From assembly GCF_963921235.1 (NCBI RefSeq), contig NC_086097.1, positions 113,028,001 through 113,092,000 of the forward strand: a stretch of DNA of 64,000 bases. The letters are read 5' to 3'. The stretch's first letter is position 1. Every line of letters starts with the position of its first letter. The position numbers were made by a program, and so were the translations under genes. This document shows, in pieces, positions 39,096 through 53,030 of the stretch. This stretch comes from Mobula hypostoma. Lineage: Eukaryota. The notes under the pieces were generated by a model. That model was not told the origin of the DNA. It ran no database searches and worked only from the letters and a program-made list of their open reading frames with translations.

Positions 39096-40110
39096 TGTTC
39101 AAAGTTCAGAGTTCAAAGTAATTTTTTTATCAGAGTACACACATGTCACCATGTACAACACTGAGATTCGTTTTCTGTGGGCATACTATAGAACAGTAAC
39201 TTTAAACAGGATCTGTAAACTGTAAATTCTGATAATCAATAAACAGCATGAAATAACAAGATAAAACAGTCCTTAAATGAGTGTAGTTATCCTCTTTTGT
39301 TCAAGAGCCTGATGGTTGAGGGGTAGTAACTGTTCTTGCACCTGCTGGTGTGAGTCCTGGGGCACTTGTACCTTCTACCTGATGGCAGCAGCGAGAAAAG
39401 AGCTTTGCCTGAACGATGAGGATTTTTGATGATGGATGCTCCTTTTCTACAGCAATGTTTCATGTAGGTGCGCTCAATGGTTGCGAGGGTTTTACCAATG
39501 ACGTACTGGGCGGAATCCACTACCTTTTGTTGGATTTTCCACTCAAAGCCATACCAGGCGATAATGCAGCCAGTCAGCACACTTTCCACCACACATCTAT
39601 AGAAGTTTGCCAAGGTTTTTGATGTCATGCCGAATCTCCGCAGACTCTTAAGGAAGTAGAGGAACTGTTGTGCTTTCTTCACAATTATATTGATATGATG
39701 GGTCCAGAACAGGTCCTGTTTGAGATATTGACACCCAGAAATTTGAGGTTACTGACCCTCTCACCCCTGATCCTCTGATGATCCTGCCTCGTGGACCTCT
39801 GGTTATCCTCTCTTGAAGTCTACTATCAGTTCCTGGTCTTACTGACATGGAGTGAGAGATTGTTATTGTGACACCACTCAACCAAATTTTCAATCTTCCT
39901 CCCTGTATGCTGATTCATCACCACCTTTGATACAGCCCACAACAGTGGTGTCATCTGCAAACTTGTATATGGTGTTGGAGCTGAACTTACCCACACAGTC
40001 ATAGGTATAAAGTGACTAGAGCAGGGGGCTAGGTACACATCCCTGCAGTGCTCTTGTGCTAATGGAGATTGTGGAGGATATGTTTTTGCCAATCCAAACC
40101 GACTGGTTAT
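39096..40110 (-). mobile_element. Rex1/Babar LINE fragment
   Basis: KKAQQFLYFLKSLRRFGM..FYRCVVESVLTGCIIAWYG, LLPSGRRY, SYYPSTIRLLN. Confidence 0.85.
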
Positions 40111-40635
40111 GTATGATCATTAGTCCTTGAACAACACATGTACAATATATGTGGTCCTGATAAATCTACATCTCTCTCTTTCTCAGTAATTTCCTCTGCT
40201 CTGTGTGTCCACTGCATTCCCTCTGTAATACTGCATTCCAAGAGAATGGCTTAGTCGTGCTTCCTGCCTGGGAGCAAACAGTCTGTGCACAAATACTGAA
40301 ATCCAGCATCACTGCCATACAATCCGTTTTACTTAATGAATTGAAATGACTCTTTCGAGCAACTTAACAGAACTGCAGCAATCATCAACCATTTATAGAA
40401 TTACGGCAACATCTAATTGAAATGAATCACAAACCAATCTTAATGTAGTTGACAACTCCTTTAAGATAGCGCATTTTTCTTCCTGGCATGTTCACCTGTG
40501 CTGGAGAATCAGGCTAAGAATCAAGTTTAACATCACTGGCATAGGCTGTGATATTTGTTGTTATGCAGCAGCACTACATTAAATACATAAGACTGTGAAG
40601 GACAGTAAATATGTTTATATGTATTCAGTATATAT

Positions 40636-40960
40636 GGATGGCATGGTATGGTAGCATTGTTATTCGTGTAATGTTATTACAGACCCAACGGTAAGGTTGG
40701 GATTTGATTCCCACCGCTGTCTGTAAGGAGTTTGTATGCTCTCCACGTGACCATGTGTGTTTCCTCAAGGTGCTCTGCTTTCCTCCCACATTTCAAAGAT
40801 GTACAGGTAAGGACTAGTAAGTCATGGGCATGCTATGTTGCTGCTGGATGTATGGTGGTGCTTACGGCTGCCCAGCACAATCCTCACTGATCTGATTTAA
40901 CACAAGTGAGACATTTCACTGTACATTTCGATGTACATGTGACAAATAAAGCTAATATTT
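40636..40960 (+). mobile_element. HE1-like V-SINE
   Basis: CTGTAAGGAGTTTGTATGCTCTCCACGTGACC core and GTACATGTGACAAATAAAG tail. Confidence 0.75.
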
Positions 40961-42133
40961 CCTTTCGTCATCAAATCTTCCCAGATTTCACCACTACTGC
41001 TGCACACACCAACTCACTAGGGACACTTTACAACAGCCGTTTGGCAGACCAGTCCACAAATTTTTGGCATGTGGGAGGAAACACAAATGCCGAGGTAAAA
41101 CCCACACAGCCACAGGGGGAACATACCAGCTCCACACAGACATCACTAGAGATGAAAGATTGAGCTTGTTGTATTGGAGATGTGAGGATGCAACTCTACT
41201 AGCCGTGTCACTCTGCCTTCTGTAGGATCTATAAATCTATAGTGTTAAACACTGCACTTTTTCTCCAGGACTTGGCATTTCCAGTTGGATTGATTGGATG
41301 AAACAGATTTATCTGCTACAGTATAGATTTAGCCTTGCATGTCTGAGTTCAATATAATCCAGTTCCTTCTGGACACAGTTCATAGTTTGATAAACCCTGT
41401 AAAAATCTGAAATGACCGTACAGGAATGAGAATTGCTTGAAATCCAACCAAAGCTGTTTAAAGGAGAAAAGCAAATCCTATAAGAGGTTATTTTTGCTCT
41501 GAAAGAAAAGAGAGTAGAGATTCCTTGAAAATACATGAGCAGTTGTTTGACTGTTACCAACTGTACCAAAGCAAAAACATAATATCATAGCAAGACGCTT
41601 GAAATGATAGCCGTAACAGGGGAAATAGCCTGATATTACTTCAAATCTAGAGAGATCTGAGTACAAATTCATTAATATGTTAATTATTACCTTATAGGCT
41701 CATTTTTAGGAGTATTGTTGAAAACATCAGCTTATTAAAAGCCAACATTAAAGGTGGTGATGAATTGGCATATTGGATGGCGAGAGAGCATCTGGGTGAA
41801 TGGTTTCACACCACCACATTCAGGAACACTTTACTCTTCAACCATTAGGCTCATGAACCAGTGTGGATAACTTCACTCATCTCTGCACTGAACTGATCAC
41901 TGAAACAACCTATGGCCTCATTTTCAAGGACTCTATAACTCATGGTCTCAGTATTATTTATTTACTTATTATTATTTGATTTGCTTGTATTTGCACAGTT
42001 TGTCTTGTTTTGTGCATTGGTTACTTGTCAGTCTTTGCGTTCATTGATTCTATCGTAATTTTTGTTCTGCAATATATACCTGCAAGAAAATGAATCTCAG
42101 TGTACTATGTGGTGACATACACATACATACATA

Positions 42134-42671
42134 CGAGGGGTGATTGATATGTTCGTGGCCTAAGGTAGAAGGAGTCAATTTTAGAAAACATAGAAACATA
42201 GAAAATAGGTGCAGGAGTAGGCCATTCGGCCCTTCGAGCCTGCACCGCCATTCAGTATGATCATGGCTGATAGCACATTTATTTTTCGACATAGTCCCCT
42301 CCTAAATTCACACACTTAGTCCAGCGGTCGTGGAGCATACAGGTCTTGGACCTCCAGTAAGAGTCCACAGATGGGTGATTGATAAATCCGTGGCCTAAGG
42401 TAGAAGGAGATGAGTTATATAGCTCTTGTTACATGCACATGCAGTTCAACTCTTTGAGTGATTATGCAGAAAGTTTGAAGTTAATAACTCATCTCCTTCT
42501 ACCTTAGGCCACGACCTTATCAATCACCCCTAATGAGTTATTAACTGATGAGTTATTAACTTCAAACTTTCTGCATAATCGCTCAAAGAGTTGAACTGCA
42601 TGTGCATGTAAGAAGAGCTGTATAACTCATCTCCTTCTACCTTAGGCCACGAACATATCAATCACCCCTCA
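42134..42671. mobile_element. Mariner-derived MITE with four TIR copies and an internal palindrome (CR1 stub inserted at about 42189-42270)
   Basis: TA|CGAGGGGTGATTGAT...ATCAATCACCCCTCA|TA; minus MLHDRWTKCVNLGGDYVEK mariner C-terminus. Confidence 0.85.
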
Positions 42672-43357
42672 TAAGACAGGCTGTAATTGAGGTACTAATC
42701 ACCTTCAATAAAACAGGTACAGGCTAAAGTACTGACCACTTACAGTAAGGCAGGTACCATGTGAAATACTGAATACCACAGTAAGGCAGGTACTGTATTA
42801 ACCCACAGTAGAACAGGCATTGCCTGAAATAGTAATCACATACACTGTAATAAAACAGCCACCACCAGAAATTCTGACCATTCACAGTAGAAAATGACAA
42901 CCCAGCAGCAATGTTAAGGTTTAGTGAGCTGGAGGAGCTAAACGAAGAAAGTTTTATGAAGGGACTAGTGTTAGGTGAGGATTAAAGTGAGGATTAAGGG
43001 CCAATAAATCCCTGTTTTGCATTCTAGAGTATTTAATGAAGCTCTAGAAATAGTGGATATATTTATATTTATCTGCATACATTCTCAAGAGTTTTGCCAT
43101 GCTAATTTAAAGCTAAAAAACCCACACAGTGCCTAGCTGTAAGCTCTGTTAAGCTGGTGCAGTAAGTGTGGCGACTCTCGTTGGCTGCCGCCAGCACACA
43201 CTCAGATGTGTTGGTTCTGAACATGAATGGTACATTTCACTGTATGCTTCGATGTACACATGACAAGTACATATCTTGAATCTTGAATCTAAAGCTAACA
43301 TTTTTATACAGTGAGTAGTTCAAAACTCTAATTAAATTTATTTACATAGTACATATA

Positions 43358-43698
43358 CGACGGGTGATTGATAGTTCGTGGCCTAAGGTAGAAGGAGTCA
43401 ATTTTAGAAAACGGAGCACATTTAATTTTCAACATAGTCCCCTCCTACATTGCACACTTAGTCCAGCGGTTGTGGAGTATACGGATCTTGGACCTCCAGA
43501 GAGTGTCCACAGCAGGGTGATTGATACATTCATGGCCTAAGGTAGAAGGAGATGAATTATACAGCTCTCATTACATGCACATGCAGTTCAACTCTTTGAG
43601 TGATTATGCAGAAAGTTTGAAGTTAATAACATCAGTTAATAACTCATCGGGGGAGATTGATAAGTTTGTGGCCAAAGGTAGACGGAGATGAGTTATTA
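43358..43698. mobile_element. Second, truncated copy of the mariner MITE
   Basis: Colinear with 42134-42490, lacks the CR1 stub, central loop inverted. Confidence 0.85.
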
Positions 43699-44719
43699 GC
43701 TAGGATTAATAAGTTGTAGTTGTGGGCTTGCCATGTTGGCACCAGAAGCGTAACGACACTTGTAAGCTGCTCCCAACACAACTCTCACCGATTTGGTTTG
43801 ACGCAAATGAAACACTTCACTCTATGTTTTAATGTTTCAATGTACATGTGACGAATAAAACTGATCCCTTGATGACTATTATCAACTGCACCATCTACCA
43901 GTCTGTTTTTCTATGGGATCCTCATGCTTGCCCATTCAATTCATTCTTTTCGATGCTCATAGACAATGCCTGTGGAAACTTAATTTCTATTTAGCAACAC
44001 CAGTCTACAGTCTAACCTGACTGTAGCAGCACTTAGATATCGTCAAATTTGATATTCAGAGAGAATCTACTTATAAAATGTATTTATCTGCCCCTATAGA
44101 CATTTGGCATTGTTTTGAAATTGTAAATTACATTTCATCCTTGCTCAGCAAACAGAGTACAGGGAAAATGAGCTCGTAAGACCGACGAGCAGCATTATGC
44201 TATTTCCCCCATTGAGCCTGCTCTACCATTTGATCGTGGTTGTTTTACTTTTGTTCTCAACTCCATTCTCCATCATCTTTGACACTCTGACTAATCACGA
44301 ACCTGTCATCCTCTGTTGTAAATATGACTTGGCCTTCACAGCTGTCTGTGACAATGAATTCCACAGATTCACCGATGTCTGACTAAAGAAATTCCTCAAT
44401 ACTGCAAAATGCTACAGTGTTCAAGAAGTTGATAGAACACTTTCCAGAGGTTAAATGCAGTGATTGAGTCTTGATGAACTTTGCCATTCTTCCTCCCAAA
44501 TGGATTAGTATAGATCAAGAGCTGCAGGACATGGGTTTAGTAATCAGAACAAGAAAGTCTAAATTTCCATAAAACCTTGCAGAACCTGGATATTTAATTG
44601 ATGAGTGAAAAATCTTTTTTCTAGGAGACAATGTGCCTTTGATGCTGGTTCCCAAGATCAAAGAAGCTGCTTTGAGTTGACCATGATGTTCTTTTACCAA
44701 TTTTTATCAAAGCAACCTA

Positions 44720-45222
44720 CAAAGCATCTTATCCGGATGGCAAGAGCTCTGCCCACGGTGCAAGAAATTGCAGAGAGATGTAGATGCTCAGCTCAGCACA
44801 TCATGGAAACCAGCCTCTTGTCCATTAACTGTGTCTATACCTCTTGATGCCTCAGTAGTGCAGCCAGTATAATCAAAGGCCCCACCTGCCCCATCACAGA
44901 CATTCCCTCTTCTTTCCTCTCTCATCAGGCAAAATATATAAACCCCTGAAGCACATACCACCAGGATCAAGAACAGCTTCTATTCCACTGTTATAAGGCT
45001 AATGAATGGTTCCCGAGTACAACTAGATGAGTTCTTGATCTCACAACCTACCTGACTATAATCTGATTGTCTACCTACACTTCACTTTCGCTGTAGCTGT
45101 TGCAATTTATACTGCATTCTGTTATTGTTTTACCTTGTACTACCTCTGTGCATCGTTGCAATGACTTGATCTATACAAGACAAGCTTTTCACTGTACTTC
45201 AGCACATATGACAATAATAAGC
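44720..45222 (+). mobile_element. Rex1-type LINE 3' fragment
   Basis: AASIIKGPTCP, HTTRIKNSFYSTVIRLMN. Confidence 0.65.
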
Positions 45223-45599
45223 AATACTAATTTCTTTATTTTTTTATGCAGACCTTTTAGCAAAGGCACCTTCAGAATGATGGTCCTAATGTCTTCCATT
45301 AATGATACATACATCAACAAACAGGCATTGGTTGGAATTTTGGGGTATCTGATTCTCTGGTATTCAGAATAAGAAAACCTTTCAATTTCTTCCATGTGCC
45401 AGATAAGAAGATTTGAAGGGTGAACTAGCCATGTCTTGGTATCATTTTAGCTTTTTCCCTTTCCATTGTAAATCACGGGCCGACATACAGTCTATTGCTC
45501 AGCCACATGTGGCCACATTGATATACGTTCCGTGAAGGAACATTGTGGCTTCATCAGTTGAACTTTTTGGACATTTATTTGTCCTTTACAGCACATTCA

Positions 45600-45790
45600 G
45601 ATATCAGCCCTTTATCTTTTCCATCTATCACCATCACTTCCCCCCTCCCCATCAACTTATCCTGGTTTCTTCCCGCTTCATGTCCAGTCCTGATGAAAGC
45701 TCCTGGCCTGAAACATCAACTGCTTATTCCTTTCCGTATGTGTGGTCTAACCTGCTGAGCTCCTTCAGTGTTTTGTATGTGTTACATTCA
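45600..45790 (+). mobile_element. Old Penelope terminal fragment with degenerate hammerhead
   Basis: CAGTCCTGATGAAAGCTCCTGGCCTGAAACATCAACTG...CCTGCTGAGCTCCTTCAG. Confidence 0.6.
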
Positions 45791-46667
45791 GATATGTCAC
45801 CCCTCCTGCGGTGAAGCATTTCATAACTCCATGAACCAGCATTTTTCTGGGGTCACCATCTTCATCCTTCCACTCTTAAAATAGTTCATTTTCAATATGT
45901 CTAAGTGCAACACTTTTGGAAGTAACTTTTATACCTATTTCCAATACTCAAGCTGTGTGTTCTAGATTATAAGGGTACTTTTTCAATTTGTGCTCTCTGA
46001 AGTTTGCACTGAAAATTCTCATAAACAAATTGAGACACCAATTAGGAAATTGTGTACAGACTCTGATATCTGAAGTTATATTTCCGGTGTGCAATCTTGG
46101 CATACAAATGGCTTTGCCTGGAGTGCAAGTTTAGAAAATTCACCTTAAAGTGTTTTCTAACGGTTGCCTTAAATTCAACTGTCTGTAGAACTCTGAGTTC
46201 ATCTCATAAATACAATAGTGATGTTCAACATTAACATCATCAAAATGTGAAAAATAAGCACATTTCAACAAGTAATTACATAAATTCATAAATCTTTACA
46301 ATATTTGTAGTTTAAAAGAATATTGCACCAGATAACAGAAAGTCTAATGAGTATGTTTTTCTGTCAGATATTAACTCTATTCCACTTATCACGGAGGTAT
46401 GCTTTATATCAAAAAGTAAATGAAAAGTTTCCATGCTATCATTGCTAAACAAGAAATCAAAATATAAACAGTGTAACTATCAAAGAACTCTTTCTGCCTT
46501 CAGGAAAGTTACTCTTAATCACAGTGCAATCGGGACATTACAGTTAACTAACATTTACTAGGTAGTTCTTCCAAAGGTTTCTTTCTTGCTCTGTTACTCT
46601 ATAACTTTGTGTCCTAAAAAATAATCTCATATCATCATTAAACTGGCAAACATTCTTGATAGATATA

Positions 46668-48326
46668 CTATAGAAACCATACCATAGAAACTACAGCACA
46701 GAAACAGGCCTTTTGGCCCTTCTTGGCTGTGCCAAACCATTTTCTGCCTAGTCCCACTGACCTGCACACAGACCATATCCCTCCATACACCTCCCATCCA
46801 TGTATCTGTCCAATTTATTCTTAAATGTTAAAAAAGAACCCGCATTTACCACCTCGTCTGGCAGCTCATTCCATACTCCCAGCACTCTCTGTGTGAAGAA
46901 GCCCCCCCACTAATGTTTCCTTTAAATTTTTCCCCCCGCACCCTAAACCCATGTCCTCTGGTTTTTTTCTCTCCTTGCTGCAGTGGAAAAAGCCTGCTTG
47001 CATTCACTCTATCTATACCCATCATAATTTTATATACCTCTATCAAATCTCCCCTCATTCTTCTACGCTCCAGGGAATAAAGTCACAACCTATTCAACCT
47101 TTCTCTGTAACTGAGTTTCTCAAGTCCCGGCAACATCCTTGTAAACCTTCTCTGCACTCTTTCAACTTTATTTATATCCTTCCTGTAATTTGGTGACCAA
47201 AACTGAACGCAATACTCCAGATTCGGCCTCACCAATGCCTTATACAACCTCATCATAACATTCCAGCTCTTATACTCAATACTTTGATTAATAAAGGCCA
47301 ATGTACCAAAAGCTCTCTTTACGACCCTATCTACCTGTGACGCCACTTTTAGGGAATTTTGTATCTGTATTCCCAGATCCCTCTGTTCCACTGCACTCCT
47401 CAGTGCCTTACCATTAACCCTATATGTTCTACGTTGGTTTGTCCTTCCAACGTGCAATACCTCACACTTGTCAGTATTAAGCTCCATCTGCCATTTTTTA
47501 GCCCATTTTTCCAGCTGGTCCAAGTCCCTCTGCAGGCACTGAAAACCTTCCTCACTGTCTACTACACCTCCAATCTTTGTATCATCAACAAACTTGCTGA
47601 TCCAATTTACATTATCATCCAGATCGTTGATATAGATGACAAATAACAATGGACCCAGCACTGATCCCTGTGGTACACCACTAGTCACAGGCCTCCACTC
47701 AGAGAAGCAATTCTCTACCACCACTCTCTGGCTTCTTCCATCGAGCCAATGTCTAATCCAATTTACCACCTCTCCATGTATACCTAGCGAGTGAATTTTC
47801 CTAACTAACCTCCCATGCAGGACCTTGTCAAAGGCCTTACTGAAGTCCACGTAGACAATATCCACTACCTTCCCTTCATCCAGTTTCCTGGTAACCTCCT
47901 CGAAAAACTCCAATAGATTGGTCAAACATGACCTACCACGCACAAAGCCATGTTTACTCTCCCTAATAAGTCCTAGTCTATCCAAATGCTTGTAGATTCT
48001 GTCTCTTAGTACTCCCTCCAATAACTTAACTACTACCGACGTTAAACTTACTGGCCTATAATTTCCCGGATTACTTTTCGATCCTTTTTTAAACAACGGA
48101 ACAACATGAGCCACTCTCCAATCCTCCGGCACCTCACCTGTAGACAGTGACATTTTAAATATTTCAGCCAGGGCCCCTGCAATTTCAACACTAGTCTCCT
48201 TCAAGGTCTGAGGGAACACCCTGTCAGGTCCTGGGGATTTATCCACTTTAATTTTCCTCAAAACAGCAAGGACCTCCGTCCTTTTCGATCTGTACAGTTT
48301 CCATGATCTCACTACTTGTTTCCCTT
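46668..48326 (-). mobile_element. Young 5'-truncated CR1 LINE with a 409-aa open RT frame
   Basis: ORF 47083-48312: KSPGPD, NYRPVSLTS, DFSKAFDKV, GVPQGSVLGP, KFVDDTK; CR1 tail near 46670. Confidence 0.95.
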
Positions 48327-49445
48327 AACTATTTGGAAAGGGGTAAAAGCTTTCCCAGTGATGCTTCCCAATAAAGAGAAATCTCAAAAATAATGTGTCT
48401 GTTACTATCTCATTGTAAGCTGCTGCTTGTATTCCATAGTCTGAAACAGTTTCAGTAGGGGCATTTTTAAAAGAAAACATCCTTACAGAAGCTTGCCTTT
48501 CAAACTGTTCAGAACAACAATTAAATTGCAGCAGATTCAACCTGTCCATCACCATCAGTGCAGAAAAAGAAAAAAACTGCTTGACAAGCTGTCTGAACCT
48601 TATGTTGCAGCCCTCAGTTGAATAGAATTGTTTGCCAGTAAGCAAAAACCAACAAAAATCAGCAAAGTTTCAGAATTTTGTTACAGTATTTCATTGAAGA
48701 AAAACCCAAGGGCCACAAAATAAGAATGGAAGCATATATCAATCCCTTAACATACTTTACCATTTTTGTTTTGTTCTCTTTTAAGCAGGTTACAATAACT
48801 TTGTTCCTAGAGAAGTTAAGTCTATCTTTTTTTTCTAACTAGGTGGCTCATTCAGTCCTAATCATAAACCATACATGCACAACTTTAGTTAAGGTTCTAT
48901 AAAGTTCGTAATTTTATTTAAGCAAAACCATACTGAAATTCAGGAAGATTTTCCACAAGTATCTCAGTTTAATCCTACCTGGTCCAGATGGGCATGATGC
49001 TATATCAAGTACTTAGATATACAATTTTCACGAAGTAAATTATTACATTGCCGTCATAGTATTGCATCGTTATGTCCAATAATCTTGGCTTTGTTTGTAC
49101 ATCCCCGGAACATTCATATTCTTCCGTTCTTCTCCAAAAATTGCTGTGCTTCTTTTAGTCAGTTGTCTTATTATGAACCTTGTAATAATAACACAATCTG
49201 TGACCTTACAACACAGTGCCCCCTGAGTCTCTAAAGCATCCCACAATACACTACAAAGTCACCAAGGTCTCATTTGTTGCATCAATATAATGCCAGGTTT
49301 TGTCAGGAGGTAGGTTTCTTGCTGTGGCAATCTTTGTTCGATGCCATGGCAAACTGCTGTGGATACATATGGCTTGCAAAGGATTGGACAGTCTTGCATT
49401 CTTCTAGCTCACTATACTGCCATTCCTACCTAAATCCCATGTACA

Positions 49446-49450
<5 letters not shown>

Positions 49451-49484
<34 letters not shown>

Positions 49485-49516
49485 TACTCTCCTCTTTCTC
49501 TCTCTCTCTCCCTCTC
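49451..49516. repeat. (CA)n followed by (CT)n microsatellite
   Basis: Direct reading. Confidence 0.9.
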
Positions 49517-49894
49517 CTTTTGTTAAGAAGTTTTATGCAAACAACGATAGTCTTCTTTACTTTAAAAGGAAACATCAGCAAACTCAAATAAACAAGCTTC
49601 AGAAAAATTGAAAAGGTCAATGATCCATTCTTTTGTGACTGTGTAATGGAGCTGAGAATAGCTCTGAGGGGTATTGTTAATCCAGGGATGAAATGTGTGT
49701 ATTACAGTGGCACTACTATTAATCTGGGCATGTGAATAAATAATGTTTTTTTTAATCTGTGCTGCAAATTAAAATTATACTCTGAGGCTCATAAAATTTA
49801 AAGACAGCATTTGTTATCTATAATGTTTCTTCAGTGCTGGTTAGCTAGAACTGGTAAAGTTGTAGTACAATGTTGTAGTACAGTTGTGATCTAA

Positions 49895-50260
49895 GTTAAC
49901 GTCAAAGTAAATTTATTATCAAAGTACGTAAATGTCACCAGATACAACCCTGAGATTCATTTTCCTGTGAGCATACTCAATAAATCCAGAATAGAATAGT
50001 AACCATAACAGAATCAGTGAAAGACTATACCAACTTGGGCATTCAACCAGTGTACAAAAGACAACAAACTGCAAATACTAAAGAAAGAATTGCTAATTAT
50101 AAATAAGTAAGCAATAAAGAGTGAAACGTGAGATGAAGAGCCGTTAAAGGTAAGTCCATAGTTTGTTGGAACATTTCAATGGTGGGACAAGTGAAGTTGA
50201 ATGAAGTTATCAGCTTTGGTTCAGGAGCCTGATGGTTGAGGGGTAATGACTGTTCCTGAA
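49895..50260 (-). mobile_element. Rex1-type 3' UTR fragment
   Basis: Same tail as 27045-27400 and 39096-39340. Confidence 0.7.
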
Positions 50261-51564
50261 ATGTTCCTGAATTAATTTGATGTAGATTCAATTCAAGCTT
50301 CAATAAAAAGCATATCCAGCACACATTAACTGGAAGTCATAGGGAACAAAGTTAGATCTGAACACACATTCTATGTGATGTTTTTGTCAGGAAGGAGATA
50401 TGAGCATAATCTCTACCGAATTTCCAAATTTATCGTAAAGCTCTCCAGAGGAAGGAAAGGCCTTGACTGGATATGAATACCACTTTGAGGCGACCGACAT
50501 TTCCTTTAAGTATGATGCCCTGGGAACGTGGACCAAATGAATTCATATGCACACTTATTCTGGTTCACTTTAAGTCTTTGTATTAGTGATTTGACCGATT
50601 TCTCACTATATGAAATCATTGGAGTAGAAGTTGTTTTTAGATGTACATAATATACATAATCTCCATGAAAATTGCTCAGATGAACTATTCTATCCCCGGC
50701 TGATTGGGACATGCCTGCTCTCTCATCCTGGAAGGCAACCCCCAGCAATATCATTTCACTGAAAGACCTCTGCTTTCCCTCAACTGTGAGGCACACGATC
50801 CTCCTTCTCTTTCTAATCCATGTTGGCATTTTTTCTCTCTCTCCTCACCTGACCAGGATTTTGCTTCCCTCTGTCCTTCAGAGACTGCTCTCCTTTCTCA
50901 ACCTCAAAGGCAACAATGTTGTTCAGTTGGCAGAGTCAGATGGGAGTGCCACATCTGAGACACATTGCAGAATAGGAAAAATCGATTAGGATATCAGAAA
51001 TACTTGGCAACAATGAACACAGTTGTCTATCCAAAGTGAAATGAAAGGAACAGAAGGTAAGTGCTGTTGATACTGTCCCAGAGCTAAGTTGACTGCCCAA
51101 GAATGACTTTAGTCCAAACAACTGTCAAAACTAATGACCGTTCCTTCACTTCAGGCATATCTCTTCTCTGCCAATCGCCAGAAACTGCATTGCCACAGAG
51201 ACTCATATCAATCATCCCTGCTTCTATAACATTATACTTACCAGCTCATTTGAATCTTCTAACTCAATTTGGATGTTGTAAACATTCTTTCAGTATTCTC
51301 ATTTATCAGGCACTGTGATCCTCAAATTATAAGACATTTTTCTGATTGCATATATCAGTGTCAATGGATTATTTCAAACCCCTTCAGAAAATGGATGCCC
51401 CTTTTATGGATTTTCCTTTACACCCATAAAGTTAACTTTACTCCATGCCACAGAGGGAAAAAACTGCCATTTCTCTCCATTGAACCACATTGAATAAAAA
51501 AAAACATATAGACGTCATCAACTGAATTAGTCAATACTAATGTTTATGCTCCACATATGCATTC

Positions 51565-53030
51565 CATAAGACCATAAGATATAGGAGCAGAATTAGGCTT
51601 TTTGTCCCATCAAGTCTGCTCCGTCATTTCTCATGACTCATCCATTGTTCCTCTTAGCCCCAATTTCCTGCCTTCTCCCCGAATCCCTTCATGCCGTGAC
51701 CAATCAAGAACCTCTTCTTTAAACATTCATAAAGACTTGGTCTCCACAGCTGCCTGTGGCAATGAATTCCACAGATTCACCACTCTCTAGCTGAAGAAAT
51801 TCTTCCTCAGCTCCATTCTACAAGGACACCTCTCTATTCTGAGGATGCAACCTCCAGTTCTAGACTCTCCCACAGTAGGAAACATCCTCTCCTCATTCAC
51901 TCTATCAAGGCCCTTCACCATTCAATAAGTTTCAATGAGGTCACCACTCATTCTTCTGAATTCTAGTGAATGCAGCCTAGAGTCATCAAATGCTCTTCAT
52001 ATGACAAGCTGTTCAATCCTGGAATTATTTTTGTGAACTTTCTTTGAACCTTCTGCAGTGTCAGCACCTCCTTTCTAAGATAAGGGACCTAAAACTGCCA
52101 AAATACTCCAAATGAGGCATCACCAGTTCTTTAGAAAGTTTCAATATTACATCCTTGCTTTTATATTCTCGAGCTCTTGAAATGACTGCTAACATTGCAT
52201 TTGCCTTTTTCACCACAGACTCAACTGCAAATTAACCTTTAGAGAATCCTACACAAGGACTCTGAAGTCCTTTTGTTCCTCAGATTTCTTAATTTTCTCT
52301 CCATTTAGAAAACATTCTACCATTTCATTTCTTCTACCAAAGTGCATGACCATACACTTCCTGACACTATATTTCTTCTATCACTTGTTTGCCCATTCTC
52401 CTAATCTATCTAAGTTCTTCTGTAGCCTCTTTACTTCCTCAAAATTACCTGCCCCTCCACCTAATTTCATATCATCCACAAACTTTGCAACAAGGTCATG
52501 AATTCCATCATCCAAGTCATTGACATATAATGTGGAACACCACTAGTCACCAGCAGCCAGCCAGAAAAGGCTCCCTTTATTCCTACTCTTTGCCTCCTGC
52601 CAATCAGCCACCGCATTAGCCATGCTGGTATCTTTCCTGTAATACCATGGGCTCTTAATTTGTTAGGCAGCCTCATGTGTGGCACCTTGTCAAAGGCCTT
52701 CTGAAAGTCCAAGTACACCACATCAACCAATTCTTCTTTGTCTATTCTGCTAGTTATTTCTTCAAAGAATTCGAACAGATTTGAATGGCAAGATTTTCCC
52801 TTAAGGAAACCATGCTGACTACGGCCTATTTTATCATGTGTTTCCAAGTATCCCAAAGCCACATCTTTAACAATCAAATCCAACATCTTCCCAACTACTG
52901 AGGTCAGACTAACTGGTCTATAATTTCCTTTCTTCTGCCTCTCTCCCATCTTTGAAGAGTGGAGTAAAATTTGCAATTTTTCAGTGATCTAGAACTGCTC
53001 CAGATTCTGATGATTCTTGAAAGATCCAAT
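51565..53030 (-). mobile_element. Degraded CR1 LINE
   Basis: GNYRPVSLTSVVGK, DFQKAFDKVPH; CCATAAGACCATAAGA tail. Confidence 0.9.

Noticed and set aside
42134..43698. CRISPR-like repeat array
   Set aside because: The repeats are mariner TIRs in both orientations with TA TSDs, in a eukaryotic context with no unique spacers.
50500..51500. Possible ancient transposon or exon (WIISNPF resembles a hAT motif)
   Set aside because: One weak motif, no TIRs or convincing splice sites.
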